The notes: generated by a model not told the origin, from the letters alone. A DNA stretch of 64,000 nt from Plasmodiophora brassicae (GCA_036867785.1 CP145426.1:372001-436000), one strand, 5' to 3'; shown: positions 21,029 through 34,712, counted from the first letter of the stretch. Made by a program: numbers and translations.

Positions 21029-22138
21029 CTACGGTAGGTTATGTGGCCGTCCGCACAACACGACGTAGGGAACGGCACCATGTGTGTCTTTAGGGACAAA
21101 TCCTTTGCGGCTGGGGATGACCTTCTCGAAGGCCGCCTGCCAGTCCTTGCAGGACGAGTAGCACGCGAGGATGTCGGCGACCTGGTTGACGGTCAGGACG
21201 CGGCGCCCGCTGCCCTCCAGGAACTTGCCGATTGGCAGCTGCTGCATGGCGATGCCTTCGTCCAACGCCTTCTGCCGGCAGAGGCCTTTCAGGCGGTTGT
21301 GGTCGACGATGCCGCCGATGATGTAGGCCTTGGACACGTCCAGGTCGTCAACGACGTCGTCCGCGTCTGCCGTCAGGTACACGAGCTGATCCTTGGGGAA
21401 CATCGACAGGTACGACTTGTCGGACATCTCCATGATCCAGCTGGCCGATGATTCGCCCAGCGCCGACCGCGTCGCCTCCGACAGGTCGGTCAGGAAGATC
21501 GCCGACGGACGATCCATTCGCTTGTTCGACCCGTCTGCACGTGCACGTCAGCGACAACGTTAGCAAGGACAAGCAACAATGACCATGGCGTACATGTGCA
21601 TCGAAGCTGGTGCCGGAACGAGCACAGCTCCTTCTCGGTCATCAGATCGTCGAAGGAGCAGTCGATGACGACCTTCTGGCCGGCACCCTCCTCGAACGCG
21701 GACCGTACGCGACTGTTCCGCTCCTCTTTGACCTTCTTCGACACGTGCCCCGTGTCGCCGTTCATCGCCTGGGCGTGAGCCTCTTCTTCGGTGACTGCGT
21801 TCCAGACGTCAGACGCGCCGATTCGAATCGGGCAACCATGGGAACGTACGTAACCCCTGCGATATCATCTCACGGCGCTGCTGGTTAACTGCCCGAGCCC
21901 GCTCCCTGGATCGCTTCTGGCGTGTGACGCGTTCCTGCTTGCGCGTGCGCTCGCAGCGGATCCGCATCAGTTCGCGGCGGATCGCCTTCTTCCGCGCCGT
22001 CTTCGTCAGGCCCTCCAGGGACAGTTCCGACGCCACCGCGTCGCGCTCGGCATCGCGCGCGACGGTCCGCTCGATCCGCGACACGAGGCCGTCCAGAAGG
22101 CGCTCCACGTCGCCGTTGCCCAGCACGGCGGCCACCAT
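21029..22138 (-). CDS. TRM10: tRNA (guanine-N1)-methyltransferase Trm10/TRMT10 (spliced; 3' end approximate)
   Basis: VVIDCSFDDLMTEKE, LVYLTAD, AYIIGGIVDHNR, LPIGKF, RVLTVNQV. Confidence 0.9.
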
Positions 22139-22210
22139 CACGTGCCGCAAGCTGCAGGACAAACTCCGTGGCGGCCGCGCAAATTTGCTCGCCGATGACG
22201 ATGCGTTCCC

Positions 22211-22543
22211 GCGGCACCTTCCGGCATCACCACCACGATGCAAGCGTGAAAGCCTGGATGGCGAGCAACGGCTGACCCGTCGCAGGTGCAACCCTCTTGT
22301 CCGCGTCTCAACGCATGCCGGGAGCGTATAAACGCGATAACGCCTCTATTTACACCAACGACACCTAGATGAACGTCGTCGCCGTCGCAGATGCCGAACC
22401 CGAACCATGATGATCAGCTAATGAATGACGCGCGCGCATTGGGATCGTACACGAAACGGCGCGCCGGTCTAAGCAGATCCGGTTGCCCGACGGCGTCTGG
22501 CAGTTGGATCAGTGTAGGGAGCACCCGGGATCGCGATAGACGG
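22211..22543 (+). repeat. Diverged direct duplicate of ~24568-24940 (3' end and flank of the giant gene)
   Basis: Shared blocks such as gatgcaagcgtgaa..ctggatggcgagca, acgcatgccgggagcgtataaacgc and gcccgacggcgtctggcagttggatcag. Confidence 0.85.
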
Positions 22544-22639
22544 CGCGTTGTCATGTGCGAGACCACGCTTCCTCGGGCGGCTCCGGGTGCCTGGTCCTTT
22601 GTGTCCTGCAAATCGCTATGACCGTCCTCTTGTTCCACG

Positions 22640-23015
22640 ACCACACCCGGTGTTGACGTCGATGTTCGAGTCCGAGGTCAACCCCCAGCTCACGATCTCC
22701 CAGCGTACGCCCGACTGGTTTCTACTCAGACACTTTCGCATCACTGGCACCGGTTCTACAGCTTCGTACGACATCATCGTGAAATTGGCTCGAAATGACC
22801 CAGACTTCGACATCGATCCCGATACGGAGAGGGTTCTTGACATACTTGCGATCCAGTACGGATGTTCAGCGGCTGACGAAGTACAAGAACGCGCAACCTT
22901 TACTGAAGAAGACCTATAAGGGCGATGACTAACGACACTATTAAAGATCATTGCCGTGCGCAGGGTTTACGTCTTGGTGGTAAGAAATATGACCTTGTGA
23001 AACGGCTATGGAGCA
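22640..23015 (+). pseudogene. Relic with a YqaJ/lambda-exonuclease-like N-terminal motif and a SAP domain
   Basis: SQRTPDWFLLRHFRITGT, then after a frameshift/stop near 22917 MTNDTIKDHCRAQGLRLGGKKYDLVKRL (SAP consensus). Confidence 0.5.
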
Positions 23016-23095
23016 GGGTAGGTGAAGGCGATCGCTGGCAGTTTCGTAGTTATGGTAGGTCGGCGCCGACGCGGATCGTGTGAGGGCTTAACATT

Positions 23096-23268
23096 GCCCT
23101 TCAGCTGGCATTGGCGCCGGCGTACGGGATCGCCATCAGCGCCTTGTTGTGCGTTTCGCAGATGATGTCGGCGGGTGACACAGGCAGCAGGACGCATCAG
23201 GCCGCTGGCCTGATGCTGCAACGCTCCCAGGGCGATGCCGAAATCGGAAGCGGCCATCCGTAAGGTTA
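23096..23268 (-). mobile_element. Second copy of the degenerate Gypsy RNaseH fragment
   Basis: LRMAASDFGIALGALQHQASGLMRPAA; homologous to 16674-16865. Confidence 0.75.
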
Positions 23269-24447
23269 CCTTCCGTTGCAAGCCGCCCGATTCCAGTTCG
23301 CAGCCTCGTGCAACGGCGTCCGCCCTTGTTTGTTCTGGCGATTGATATTGGCGCCGCTCTTGAGTAGCTCTTCGACAATATCCGTCCGTCCGTACTGCGC
23401 CGCATAGTGTAGTGGTGTACTGCCACCCCCGTCAACCGCGTCGACGTCTGCCCCATGGTCGATCAGTAACGTCACGATTCCGGTGCCATCCGATCTCTCA
23501 TCGTCGTCGTACTTGGCCGCGTCGAGATGCAGAGCTGTGCCAAGTCCAATTCCGGCGCCTGCGTCGACCTCGATATCTGGGAACCGTAGCAGCAGCTCGA
23601 CAAGACGAGTGTACCCATGGTGTGCAGCGTACTGTAGCGGGGACACAAAGTCATGTGGATTGCGGGGAAAGTCGGTGACGATCACGCCGGGAATACTGAG
23701 TAACAGCTCTACAACCTCGGGATGATTGTCTGTAGTGGCCCAATGCAGCGCGGTAAAGTCCCCATCAAACCCTCCGTTGTTCACCAAGTAGATGTTGCCA
23801 TGACCGGTGATAAGGAGCGATCGAATCTCTTCCATGATGGCTTCCTTCCGCTGGATGCTGTATTGCGTCACATCGGCATCACGCAGCATTTGGTAGGCTG
23901 GGGTTCCCACTACAATGCGTTCTAATGTCGTCATGGGCAGACGGGTCTCGCGGCGCCGGATCCAAGCAATGTCCTCGCAGGTGTACTTCATGGGTTCGAT
24001 GTACCGCTCGAGGCGCCCCATCTGAAGGTACTGTGCGGCTTCCAGCATACGCATTCGATCAGCGAGGCTTGGGAGGTTAACGCGAACTCAGCGACGAGTT
24101 GTACTGCGGCCCTGTGGCAGTAGTTGGTAGTGATCAGTGATCATCGACGATCGACACAAGTGACTTACATCATCGGCATCAACTGTCGCGATGTAGTTTG
24201 CGAACAGTCGCAGCTCCTTTTCAGCGACCCGCTCCAGGGCAAAGGGGCGGATTAAACGCGCTGGGACATCTTCGACGAGATTCTGCAGACAACCGGAGTG
24301 GGCGGTGGCGCGCTTGGACTTGACCTTGCAACAGATATTGTAACCTCCGTCGTAAAGGTACAACCTACGAGGGGTCGCGAAACTGACGCCAAGGGTCAGG
24401 GCGATGCACGTCAGAACGACACTTGAGTAACGCCCGCCGTCAGCCAT
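23266..24447 (-). pseudogene. Signal-peptide Skp1/BTB-like + ankyrin gene, inverted paralog of 15453-17072, with an in-frame TGA
   Basis: MADGGRYSSVVLTCIALTLGVSFA, POZ-like exon 1 and the same intron. TGA at 24090-24088 aligns with TGG (Trp) in the paralog. Ankyrin repeats follow, truncated at the 3' end. Confidence 0.7.
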
Positions 24448-24727
24448 TGCCAATCGGTGCTCTGGTTCAGGGCAAGTATCAGAATGAGACGCCGGCCGGT
24501 ACGCGCCCGCTGTCAGCTGCGCTCCCGCGGACTCCGTGCGGACTCCGTACCATGGAGATTGGAGTCTGCGGCACCTTCCCGAAACAACACATGGCACCGA
24601 TGCAAGCGTGAAGGTCTGGATGGCGAGCAGCGGCTGACCCATCGCAGGTGCAACCTCCACGTCCGCGCCCTCAACGCATGCCGGGAGCGTATAAACGCAG
24701 TTACGCCTGTATTTAAACGAACGACAC

Positions 24728-27700
24728 CTAGATCAGAAGGTGAAGGGCGTACGCGGCAACGACGGTGATGAACGCCGTCGTCGTCGCAGATGCCGAACCC
24801 GAACCATAATAGTCAGGTTCCTCCGGATGACGCGCATTGGCATCGTACATGAAACGGCGCGCCGCTCTAGAAGACCCGGACGCCCGACGGCGTCTGGCAG
24901 TTGGATCAGCGTAGGGAGCACCCGGGATTGCGATAGACGGGAAGGGGTTATCGTCCTTGCTCGGGCACCACTGCGAGATCAGGAACTCGGGACGGTGCGC
25001 CTCGATGATGATGTCGCTTTTGTCGAGAACGTGCAGGATGTAGAAGCGGAACGCGTCCTCCGCGCCAACCAGCGCCTCGTGACGAGCGCCTTCCCATTCG
25101 GCAGCGTTCATGACGGATAACGTACCCTGGTACAGGTTGACATCCGCCAGGAGGCGTTGCACGAACGTCGAGCTGGCGTCGGCGATGCCCGGCAGGCTGC
25201 TGACCTGACTGGGCGTTGTCGTGTAGATCAACGTAGAGTCGGTCGACAGCGACGACGACGATTCCAGCGCCCGTACGAGGTTGAGCTCCTCGATCGATGC
25301 GAGGACGACGGACGCGTCGTTGTTGGCACCGACACGGACGATGACCTGGAAGGGCGTCTTCCGGTACCGACTGACTGCGTCGTCACCGCCCTGCGACCCG
25401 ACCCGGGTCTCGCAGAACCGATCGGTCACGAAGATGTTGTCGTGGATCATCCGGTCGGTGCCATCCGGGACGGGCACATTGCCGGAGGCAGCGTGCCCGC
25501 GAACACCACGACGGACGATCTCGTTGAGTCGCCGCATCGGCCGGTGGCCATCCTCGCCACGAACCTGGCGCAGGAACTCCTCGCGATACTCGTCCAAATC
25601 GGTGCGAACCGGCGCCGGATCAGCTGGATGAACTTCGACCTCCTGCCCCACCGGTTGTCAATAGGATTGCCGCACGACGCAACGAGCAGGCATACGCACC
25701 TGTTCCTGTTGCTGCTCCTGCTCCTGTTCCTGTTGCTGCTCCTCCTCCTGCTCCTGGACCTGCTCGCGACCCTCGTCGGTCCCTGCGCCGTCGACGCCTT
25801 GCTCGCCCAGCAACGGGAAGCCGTCAATGATCGACGACATCGCGTCACGAAGCAGGTCCCGCTCATCGTTGGAGAACACGCCGGTCACGTGGACGTTGTT
25901 CAGCAGCGCGTCACGACGACCCTCCAGAAGCGTCCGCATCGTCGCCGCTGCATCGTCCCGCATCAGCAGATCGACGAACGCCTCGCTCTGCGACCGGCCA
26001 AACAGCGACGGGGCGTCATTGCGGACGGCGGCCACCATGGCCTGGAAGTTGTTCGCGTCGACGGCCGTCGCGTACATCTTGGACAGTATCGCGTCCCGGA
26101 CGACGTCGTCGATCTTCTGGAACACGCTCTGTAGGTTCTGCTTGCGCTCCTGCTGGAATTGGACCGACTGGGCGTTGCGAAGCATGGCGGCCACATCGGC
26201 GACGCCAGCGAAGGCGACGAACTGGACGGTTTGCGTCGCGAGGAACTTTCGCATTCGCATGACGCCCTGCAGGACGTCCCGAAGAGGCGTGTCGGCGCTG
26301 ATCGTGGCGATGCCGTTGGCGTCGCCGGGCTGCGGGACGTCAGACCCGGTGATATGCCGATGGTCGTAGTAGGTGAACACGGCGGTCGTGTCGATCGGCG
26401 AGTGACCCGTTACCGACTGGATCGTGGCCGCGTCCGTCCCCGGCAATGGGCGGTCGTCGACGTCGCCACTGTGGTGCCGGACCAGCACCCGAGGATGGTT
26501 GGAGGCCTCGTCGTAGAAGATCACGGCCTGGACGTGCGATCTGCATTGGAGAACGTCGCGAGCGACTTCGACATTGCGAACGCCTTTGAAATGCGCGCCA
26601 ATGTCGATGAGAGCGGTTGTCGAGGCGGACGTCGACGCCCGCAGGATACGGGCAGCAAGCGCGTCAGACCCATCGGGAACGTGAAGCAGATCCTGGCCCA
26701 GGTGCAGGATCCGGCTGACGACCTGCCCGTTGGCGCCGGCGTCCAGCAGGATGCCGTCCTGGGCACGGCAGATCCGGTCCGGGAAGATGAACCGGTTCTC
26801 GAGCGTTCCCGAGTACCCCTGCAGGGACTGGAACATGGACCCGAGGTTCTGCACGTTGCCCGTGATCTGCCGTTCGACCACCTTGGCGTTGTTCAGGATG
26901 TTCTCTACGACAAAGTCCATCAGCATGGCCTGGACTTCGGGACGACGGGATAGAAGCGCTTCGCGAACGAGGTCTGCGTCCTGTTCAGCATCCGCACTGG
27001 ACAACTGAACCTTGTCCGAGGTCAGGTACTTGAATTGCATTCCTTCCTCGCCGATATCGGTGTCCTCCCAGCGGTTCGCCTTCTGTTTGCGCCACCGGAT
27101 ATACGCTTTGGCCTGCTCTCTGTCCAGGCCGCTGTGCAGGTACATGATGGCCCCCCGGTTGATGATTTCCCACAGGCTTGCGATTTCACTCGTCTCGCTG
27201 GGCGTGTTCGCAGCAACGTACGGGCGTGGAAAAGGATCAGCAGCGTCGTTCGATCGGCCGTAATGCTGGTTGACGTTGCCTTGTAGGGCGAACGGCACCT
27301 TGCGATGCAGCTGGACATGGACGTAGGCCAGGTGCTCTCTGGCGACACCCGTCAAATCCTGCGGCAAGGCTTCGAACGCACGAGAGCCCGTCCCGGAAAG
27401 GAACGTCGCGACAGCGTCCTTGTCGAGCATCGGCGGGGACTCTGCATCTGGGTCGAGCGCGCATGCCCGAGCCCAGTGGTTCGACGAGCTGACAAAGTCG
27501 GCGGCCCAGTCAACCAAACGGGGACGAATCACGCTGGCGTAAGCTTCCGCGTCGACGGCATGGTCCCTGGCTTTGAAGTCGACCAGTCCCGAGGTCGATA
27601 GGTGCAGGAACAGGCTGGCGGCGAAGTGCACCCGTAAGCGATCCGCGCCAAAGTCGCCGCCAGACGGCAGGTTGTGCTCCAGTTTCGGGTCGAACGTCAT

Positions 27701-30700
27701 GTCGATCTCGTCGAACGTCGCCGCACCGCGCTCCTTCAACAGAAGCAGGATCCGACCCAAGCGCTCGATCGAGGCAGGCGACGCGTGAGGCCGCGACACG
27801 AGATCAATGTACGTGTTCTGCAGCAGATGCAACGTACGCGGGGCCATCAACACGTACTGGTGGTTCCGAATGCAATTCAGTAGCGTCTCATACAGACGTC
27901 GCAATTGCCTAGATCCCACATGTCAGACTCATCCAGGAGACGCAGGCAATGAGCACATACTCGGGAGCAACATCTTCTGCACGGCGCGAGAACGTGATCA
28001 CGCGAGCACGCTGGCCAAAGAACGCAGCGGATCGGGCCGTCATGTCGCCCGCGTTCTGTTCGAAGAGCGCCGCCGGCGGCACCATGATCGATAGGTGATA
28101 GCCATCGGCCTTGGCCAAGGCCATCAGCGTCCCGAGAACGAACGTCTTGCCGGCCGCCATCAGTCGCTGCAGGATCATCGATCGGAACGAATTCTTGTCC
28201 TGTCTGGTCAGCAGCTCGAGAATGTCATTGAACTGGTCGGGTCGCAGACGCAGGCCGGCCTCAAGCTCGAACACGACGATCATTGGGTGCGCTACGATCT
28301 GCTCGAACGCCGAGAGTTCCGAGCGGGTCTTGGCAAGCTCGGCTCCGACGCTCTGCATATCGTCCGACATCGCAGACTGCACGATTCGTTTGCAGTGCTG
28401 CCTGGTAACGACTAGCAGGACGTGCCGAAGAAGGGCGCCATGCAGCTGCTTGATGACGGCGTCGTCGTTCGCCAACGCAGGGAACCTCGCTTTGTACAAC
28501 GTTGACGATGCTGTTGCCAGTAGGTGCAGCAACGACTGGTACTCGAACTCGTCGCCATCACCCATCCCTTCCGCGAATACTTCACGTCGACGATCGTGGC
28601 CACCTTTGCGGACCATGTCCCGGATGGTCTCGTCGCTGTGTGCAATTGAATCGTCTAGCCGACCGATCAGGTCGTCCAGGACATCAACGAGACTTTGGCG
28701 CGATCCAATCAGCTCGTATCGCATCCTTTGTTGGCGAAGTCGGTCGGCGCCCTGTCGTGTTTCCATGACGACATCTTCGGATCGCGTCCGCTCGAAATCG
28801 GGTACATCCGTCAGTTGCAGCGACGATATCGTATCGGCTGAAGCGACGTCTGCCTGGTCAGTGGCAGCGCGAAGCGTCGCATCCATCGCCTCGCGGAGCC
28901 CAACTTCAAAGTCGCGGAACTCGTTGAACAGGCTCGCGGCGCTCTGGGCAGGGCGCACGATATCGGGAGCGTGTGGCAGCTCGTACTGCTCCAGGCGGGC
29001 GCGATCGCGAAAGACGGCGTCGAGGTCCCAAACTCGGTGCTGATTGGTCAGCTGTGTGACACGGCAGAATCCGTTGGGATGGATTCGGTTGAGAAACCTT
29101 CGAATCGAATCGCGGCTGTACGACAAGAATGCGTTATGTGGAGATTTCTGTCGGAACGAAGCAACGATGTTACCTAGGGCATTCTCCGCGCGTATTAACA
29201 AACAGCCACCTGCTCAGGCGAGCATGCAAGGGCGCATCAACACTTCCGCCAGCAAAGTCGAGATCCCGGTCGAGTTGGTCATGCACATCGTTGCCCTGCG
29301 CCAGCGGGTTCTCCTGAAGAATGGTATAGACATGCTGCGGTTTGGACACGGGCAGCTTGGCGCCAGACTTCTCTACCGTAGACGACCGGAAACTCCACTC
29401 ACTCGGGGAAGTCGTCGCGGGTGAGTTTCGCGGAAGGTTGTCGTTCACGAGCCAGGCCGCGCGAGCGGCAAGCTGGAATTTGTCGAAAGGCGAGCAGGTT
29501 ACCACCAGCTCTTCCAGCAGGCGAAGCTCCTGCAGGCGCGTCCGGACCAGGATAACGTTATTCGACGACGGTTGGTCGTGGCTTGCGCCGACGAGATCGT
29601 TGTAGGCCAGCAGGCGGAACCGAATCGGAAGATTGCCATGTACGCGATAGTACGACGCGAGGTGGGGGGCATGGAGCAGCCTGCCGCGCCTCTTTCTTGA
29701 GTCGACGGTCAACTCCCGATTATCCTCGTCGAGAAACATGACCAGCGTCTGCACGGCAATCGCTTCCGGGAGAGCGTCGTCACGCTTGGAGACCATTCGT
29801 TTCAGCAAATTGAATTCGTCGGTGGTCCAGGGCGTCAACAGATGCACCGATTTCAGCATGGACAAGGCGAGCGCGTACCGCCGGTCGATAAGGTGGCAGA
29901 ATGCAACCAGGATCCGGTCAACCCGTTCTCGAGCGACGACCATGTCGACATGAACGCCCTTACGATCAGACTGACGTTGCGATACGTCGACAAGTCGAGT
30001 AAATCCGGGAACACTGGCAAAGGCCTTGAGACGATCCGTACCGTGTTTGCGAACCAAGAGAAACTTGTGCTTGCCCAACCCGTGAAGGCGTTGGTCGGGT
30101 TCGAGAACGAAGGTCGGGTCGGCTTCCCAAACGAGGTCACTTGGTTTGGATGCGGAGCAGGTCGAGAATGCCAGAGGAGCGCCAAGGTAGATGTGCTTGT
30201 AGAAGACAACGCGATGGCAACGGCCCGACGTGGACGATGATTCGAAAACGTCGAACGAAGTGACACCATCAGGGACCGTTAGCGTATCATTACCGACCAG
30301 GACGAACGCATGGCTGTGCCTCGCCCGAAATGTTGCCGTTGAAGATGGATCGGCGAATTCGAATCGTACTGGAGAGGAACCCGACGAACGTGAGGCCCTT
30401 GCGATGGGCTGGAGGAGGTCGTTCGTTATCAGGACGGCGTTACCGCTTGACGACGTTGCGATTCGGCGCCAGACGAACTTCCCTTTGGCATCCTTGACGC
30501 GGCCAAGCATAGCGCGAACGAACATGCCGCCATCAACTTCGTCCAACTGATCCGACTGGTCACCCGTGACCAGTTCATACTGGGCGTCAGAAGTGTGCAT
30601 GACGACGGCTTGCGGGTGAATGTCCCGCAGGCGACGATGCCCGGCAGGCATCTGGATGACTAATTTTGTCCAAGTCGAGGGCGACGATGGTGACACAGTG

Positions 30701-33700
30701 AACGTCGGCGGGTCGTCGTACACTTTGACGATGGAGATATGTGGGTCGCGACCGATTGCCAGGTTCGACACGAGGAATGAGTGGCCGTACATCTCGGTGG
30801 CCTTGCGCGTAAACTGACCCAGCGCCGACCCATCACTGGCTCGACAGCGAACCTCGGACGACATCAGGTCAAACGCGCATTTGCCTTGCTGACCGGATCC
30901 TGAACAAGCAGGATTGGGTCCATTCACACACGTCCAGTGCAGCGAGGAGGCGAGCTCAATCAGCTTCGACTCGTCACCACTGTTGTCGCACGCGGCACCG
31001 ATCTCAACTCGGCGACGCTCGCGAAGATCGTGCAAGACGGCCCAAAGGGCGGGGCCGTCGGCCAACAGGTTCAGGTCGTTGACAATCTCCGCCGATTTCA
31101 TTGCCATAAACAGGTCGGCCTGATGATGAATGTGGCGGTAGGCGGGAGCGGCACCCGAATCAACATCGTCGTCCGGCACATCGTACAGACGGAGGCCTTG
31201 CCGTGCTGCCAAGTGCTTGAGCCAGTCCTTGTCGCGTCCGTTCGGGCAGTCATCATCGACGGAACTCGCGATAATCGTGACGGCATGCGCCAGGGACCTG
31301 ACCGACGGCGATGTCCAGACGTCCTGCTCCTCAGCGATGCGATCCTCGAGCTCCAGGAGCAGGTCAAGACGGGCGCGGCATTCCGCGTCGGACGCAGGCC
31401 GGAACGATCGGATGCGGAACGTCAGGGCATACAGCCAGAGGATCGTGCGCTGCTCGCGAGCCGTAGTCGGCGGGATGAGATCCAGACCACGGCGGGCGGC
31501 CGTTAGAACCGCGTCGACAACCGGGGAACCTTGCCGGCACAGATCTTGTAAGCCTCCGTTCGAGCCAGCGGGACCCTGAAACAGGGCAAAGTCGACCATG
31601 TCCTGGTGCGTATAGTTCGTCAGGTCCAGGCGGCCGGATTGCCACGCGAACAGCATCGATGGGATGCGCGTCTGATCACGGAACATGGTCGATAGCGTTA
31701 GCCGATGAGCAGCGGCTCGCCGAGAGACCAGGAAGTCGTTCTCCTCGAACATATGCGGAGATCGGCCGACGACGATGGCGTCATGGATAGCAGGCCAGTC
31801 GTCGGTCGAACGTGAACGGGAACGTTGACTTCGTGGCCGCAGGAACCGGTTGCTCGAAGCCCGGGTCAGGGATTCATACACATTACCGGAATACAAATTG
31901 CGAAGAAACCATCTTTCAAGATCACGCGGCACCAGGTCTGTAGCGTGCCGGTCAACGCGGTTAACGAAACCGGGTAGGACCACCTCCACGGGACAATAGG
32001 AGTCTCTAACGAGGTTCACAGCGTCCGCGAAATAGAAACTGAAACTTGGCGACCCCACAGTCGTCATATGCCCTTCGACCTGGATCCAAAGAGAAACCAA
32101 CCCCTTGAGCCAGTGCGCAACGAACGCTGACAGCGTCAACGAAGACTGTGTCGACGCGAAGTACAGGTCCGGTAGGGCACGTGGCAGCTCGCCGGTGGCA
32201 ATCAGCCCGTAGACGATGCAAACGCTGTCCTGGTTGTGGAACTTCTCCAACCGGATTTTGCTTTCCCAATGATCACGAGGGTGAACATGCTCGCTCGTGA
32301 TCCGGTCGGCGACCGTCATCATCCATTGTCGAAACGCCATCGGATCGGTCATCAGGCTTCGGTAGACGTTGCTCGTCGGCAGCGCGCGCATATCGCAGGA
32401 GTCGACAGGGTGGCCCAGCGCGTCGAACATGTCGTCAAGCTGATCTAGATACGACCGGTCGTAGGACAGGACGAACTTGGAATGGCGCAGGCGGCACAGG
32501 TTGTAACTGGACATGCGGTGCGAGCCGAGCAGCGGGGAAGAGCCCCGATCGATGACCAGGGCGTCCACGCGGCATACCGCGTGCCACATCATGATCAGGA
32601 GCTTGTTCAAAGCCAGTGCGCAGTCCCAGTGCATCTCGTTGTTCGCCTTTGTCTCCAGCGGAGCAACAATCGCTCGGATGGAACGGAACACCGCATCAGC
32701 GTCGTCCCTCGACATTGACGAATAGTGTCCGGCGCGTAGAACGTGCCCGGGAATGGCGAGGATCGTTGCGGTTAACGCAAAGTAGCCTGATTGCGCCAGC
32801 GGTATCAACGCTTCCATGGACCGCGCCGTCTCCGATGGAGTCGCGAAGGCATTGGGGAGCGCATCCGACGGCGTTAGCGAGCCGATCGTACCCGCTGATG
32901 GGCGTATGATGCGATCCTCGCCAGGAGCGTCAAGGAACGGTGACCCCGTCAGCAGTGGACCCGCGACCGACGTCGTCTGAACAGCAATCTGCATCGGCAC
33001 GCTGCCGGCCAGCGCTTCCACCTTGTCGAGCACCCGCTTGAACCGATTGTCGTCGACCACCAGTCCACCGGGTGCCAACGAGGCCCCCTGCTTCAGTCGA
33101 CGCCGGGCCATGTTCCGCGCCACTGACCGAAGGATGAACAGCCACGTATGCGGGTTGCTAATCGTCGCCGGATCCGCCCGGTCGAGAACGGACGTCATCA
33201 GGTTCACGGCCGCACGCTGAAGGTCCTCTTTGACCAGACGGAACCGGTCGCCCAGCGAAACGTGCAGGTAGGCGAGCTGCGACTTCATGGTACACGTCCC
33301 CGACTGCTGGAACCGGGTCGACGGCATATCGACGGACGTGTCGTGGTACCGGTGAAGTGGCTGCAGAATCCGCTGATAGATGTCGTCGGGCCCATACTGC
33401 CCTTTCCCGGTCGGGAGGCGTTCCCTGGGGCCAGTCCTCATGGACAGCAGGTGGAAGATGACGTCTAGCTCGTTAAGCAGGACACCAGACGGAATGTTCA
33501 CGAACTTGACGACGGGGACGACGTTGGCCCGATCCTTGTGCTTGACAACGGCGTGGGCCGTGTCCGATCCCGAGCCGGCGTTGTACACAGCGACCGTCAT
33601 CTTGTCCCCGGCGTAGGATATCTCCAGGAGCATCGCGTGTCCAACCGTCCTGGATCTCCAGCCAATCGGCACGACGACGCTCTTGAACGCCACCAGGAAC

Positions 33701-34422
33701 ATCTTCGCGAGTTCGGCGAGGAACAACGCGTTGTCGGCGATGTCGTCCCCGAGCTCCATCACCCGGGCGAACACCGCCGCGACACCGATCTGCTGATGCT
33801 GCGCCGGCACGTCCGTCGCCGGCGGCAGCATGAACAGCAGCGCGTGCATGAAGCGCAGCGCCTGGGAGTACACGAGGCCATCGGCGCCGAGCGACGCCGC
33901 CCAGACGTCGCCGAAAAAGTTCGCGACCGGCCTGAGCAGCGCGTCGGGCTCGCCGAACGGGACGCTGCCCGCCTCGAGAATGCGCAACTGCTGCGACAGC
34001 AGCTGCAGTCGCGCATCTTCGTGCCTGACTGACGAGGCCGCGGGGCAATTGAGGGCGTGCGCGCGGTGCAGGACGAACGCGGCACTGGCGGTGTGCAGGG
34101 CGGACGCCTCGCGGTCGTCGGTCGTGATCGATGTCAGGTCGCGGAGGAACGTGCCGACGCCGGCGCAGAAGTCTTTTTCCGGTTGACCGGATGCCGCCGC
34201 GATGAACGACAGGAGCAGGCAGCGGCGCGTGTCGGTGCTGAGTGCGGATGTGAGCGCACCGGGCAACGACGGCTTGGAAATGGCGACGCCGGCCCGTACT
34301 GGGTCGTTCTTGTACTCCCGGCAAGCCGCTATTGAATTGTGTTCCGCGAGGGAACACCATGGTACTGCGTGAATCATGATGACGATGATGATGGTGAGGG
34401 CAGGCACGCTGGAGCCCCCCAT
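24728..34422 (-). CDS. Giant (~3,100 aa) predicted secreted/GPI-anchored protein: cysteine-protease-like N-terminus and DUF3638-type SF2 helicase-like ATPase
   Basis: Four long same-strand ORFs joined by short introns. Signal peptide; GHAM...YNAG...QQSGTC; LRPDQ, QRLMAAGKT, ADG, DEID, GYSGT, QGVMRMR; QEQE repeat; hydrophobic C-terminus AFITVVAAYALHLLI. Confidence 0.72.
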
Positions 34423-34712
34423 GGTTTGGCTATGCGATGCGCAGGCACCACCGGTGAATCCTAAGGCTATCCGATAGCGGAATGATCAACCGGCGCAGAA
34501 GCCGGAATTCGGAAATCATCACCGGATCGATCCACGTCAGTGTCGTCCTTGGCCGGAAGCTGGCCACCTATCAAGTCATGCAATGATCCGGGCAACGTCA
34601 GTTGCGTCACGACCAGCGGCACGAACTGCGGGCCCCTATCGACGTCGTTGAACGTGGCTCTGTATTGTCGGATGAATCGGTTTCCTGACCTTGGCCTAGG
34701 GAAACGATGGCG

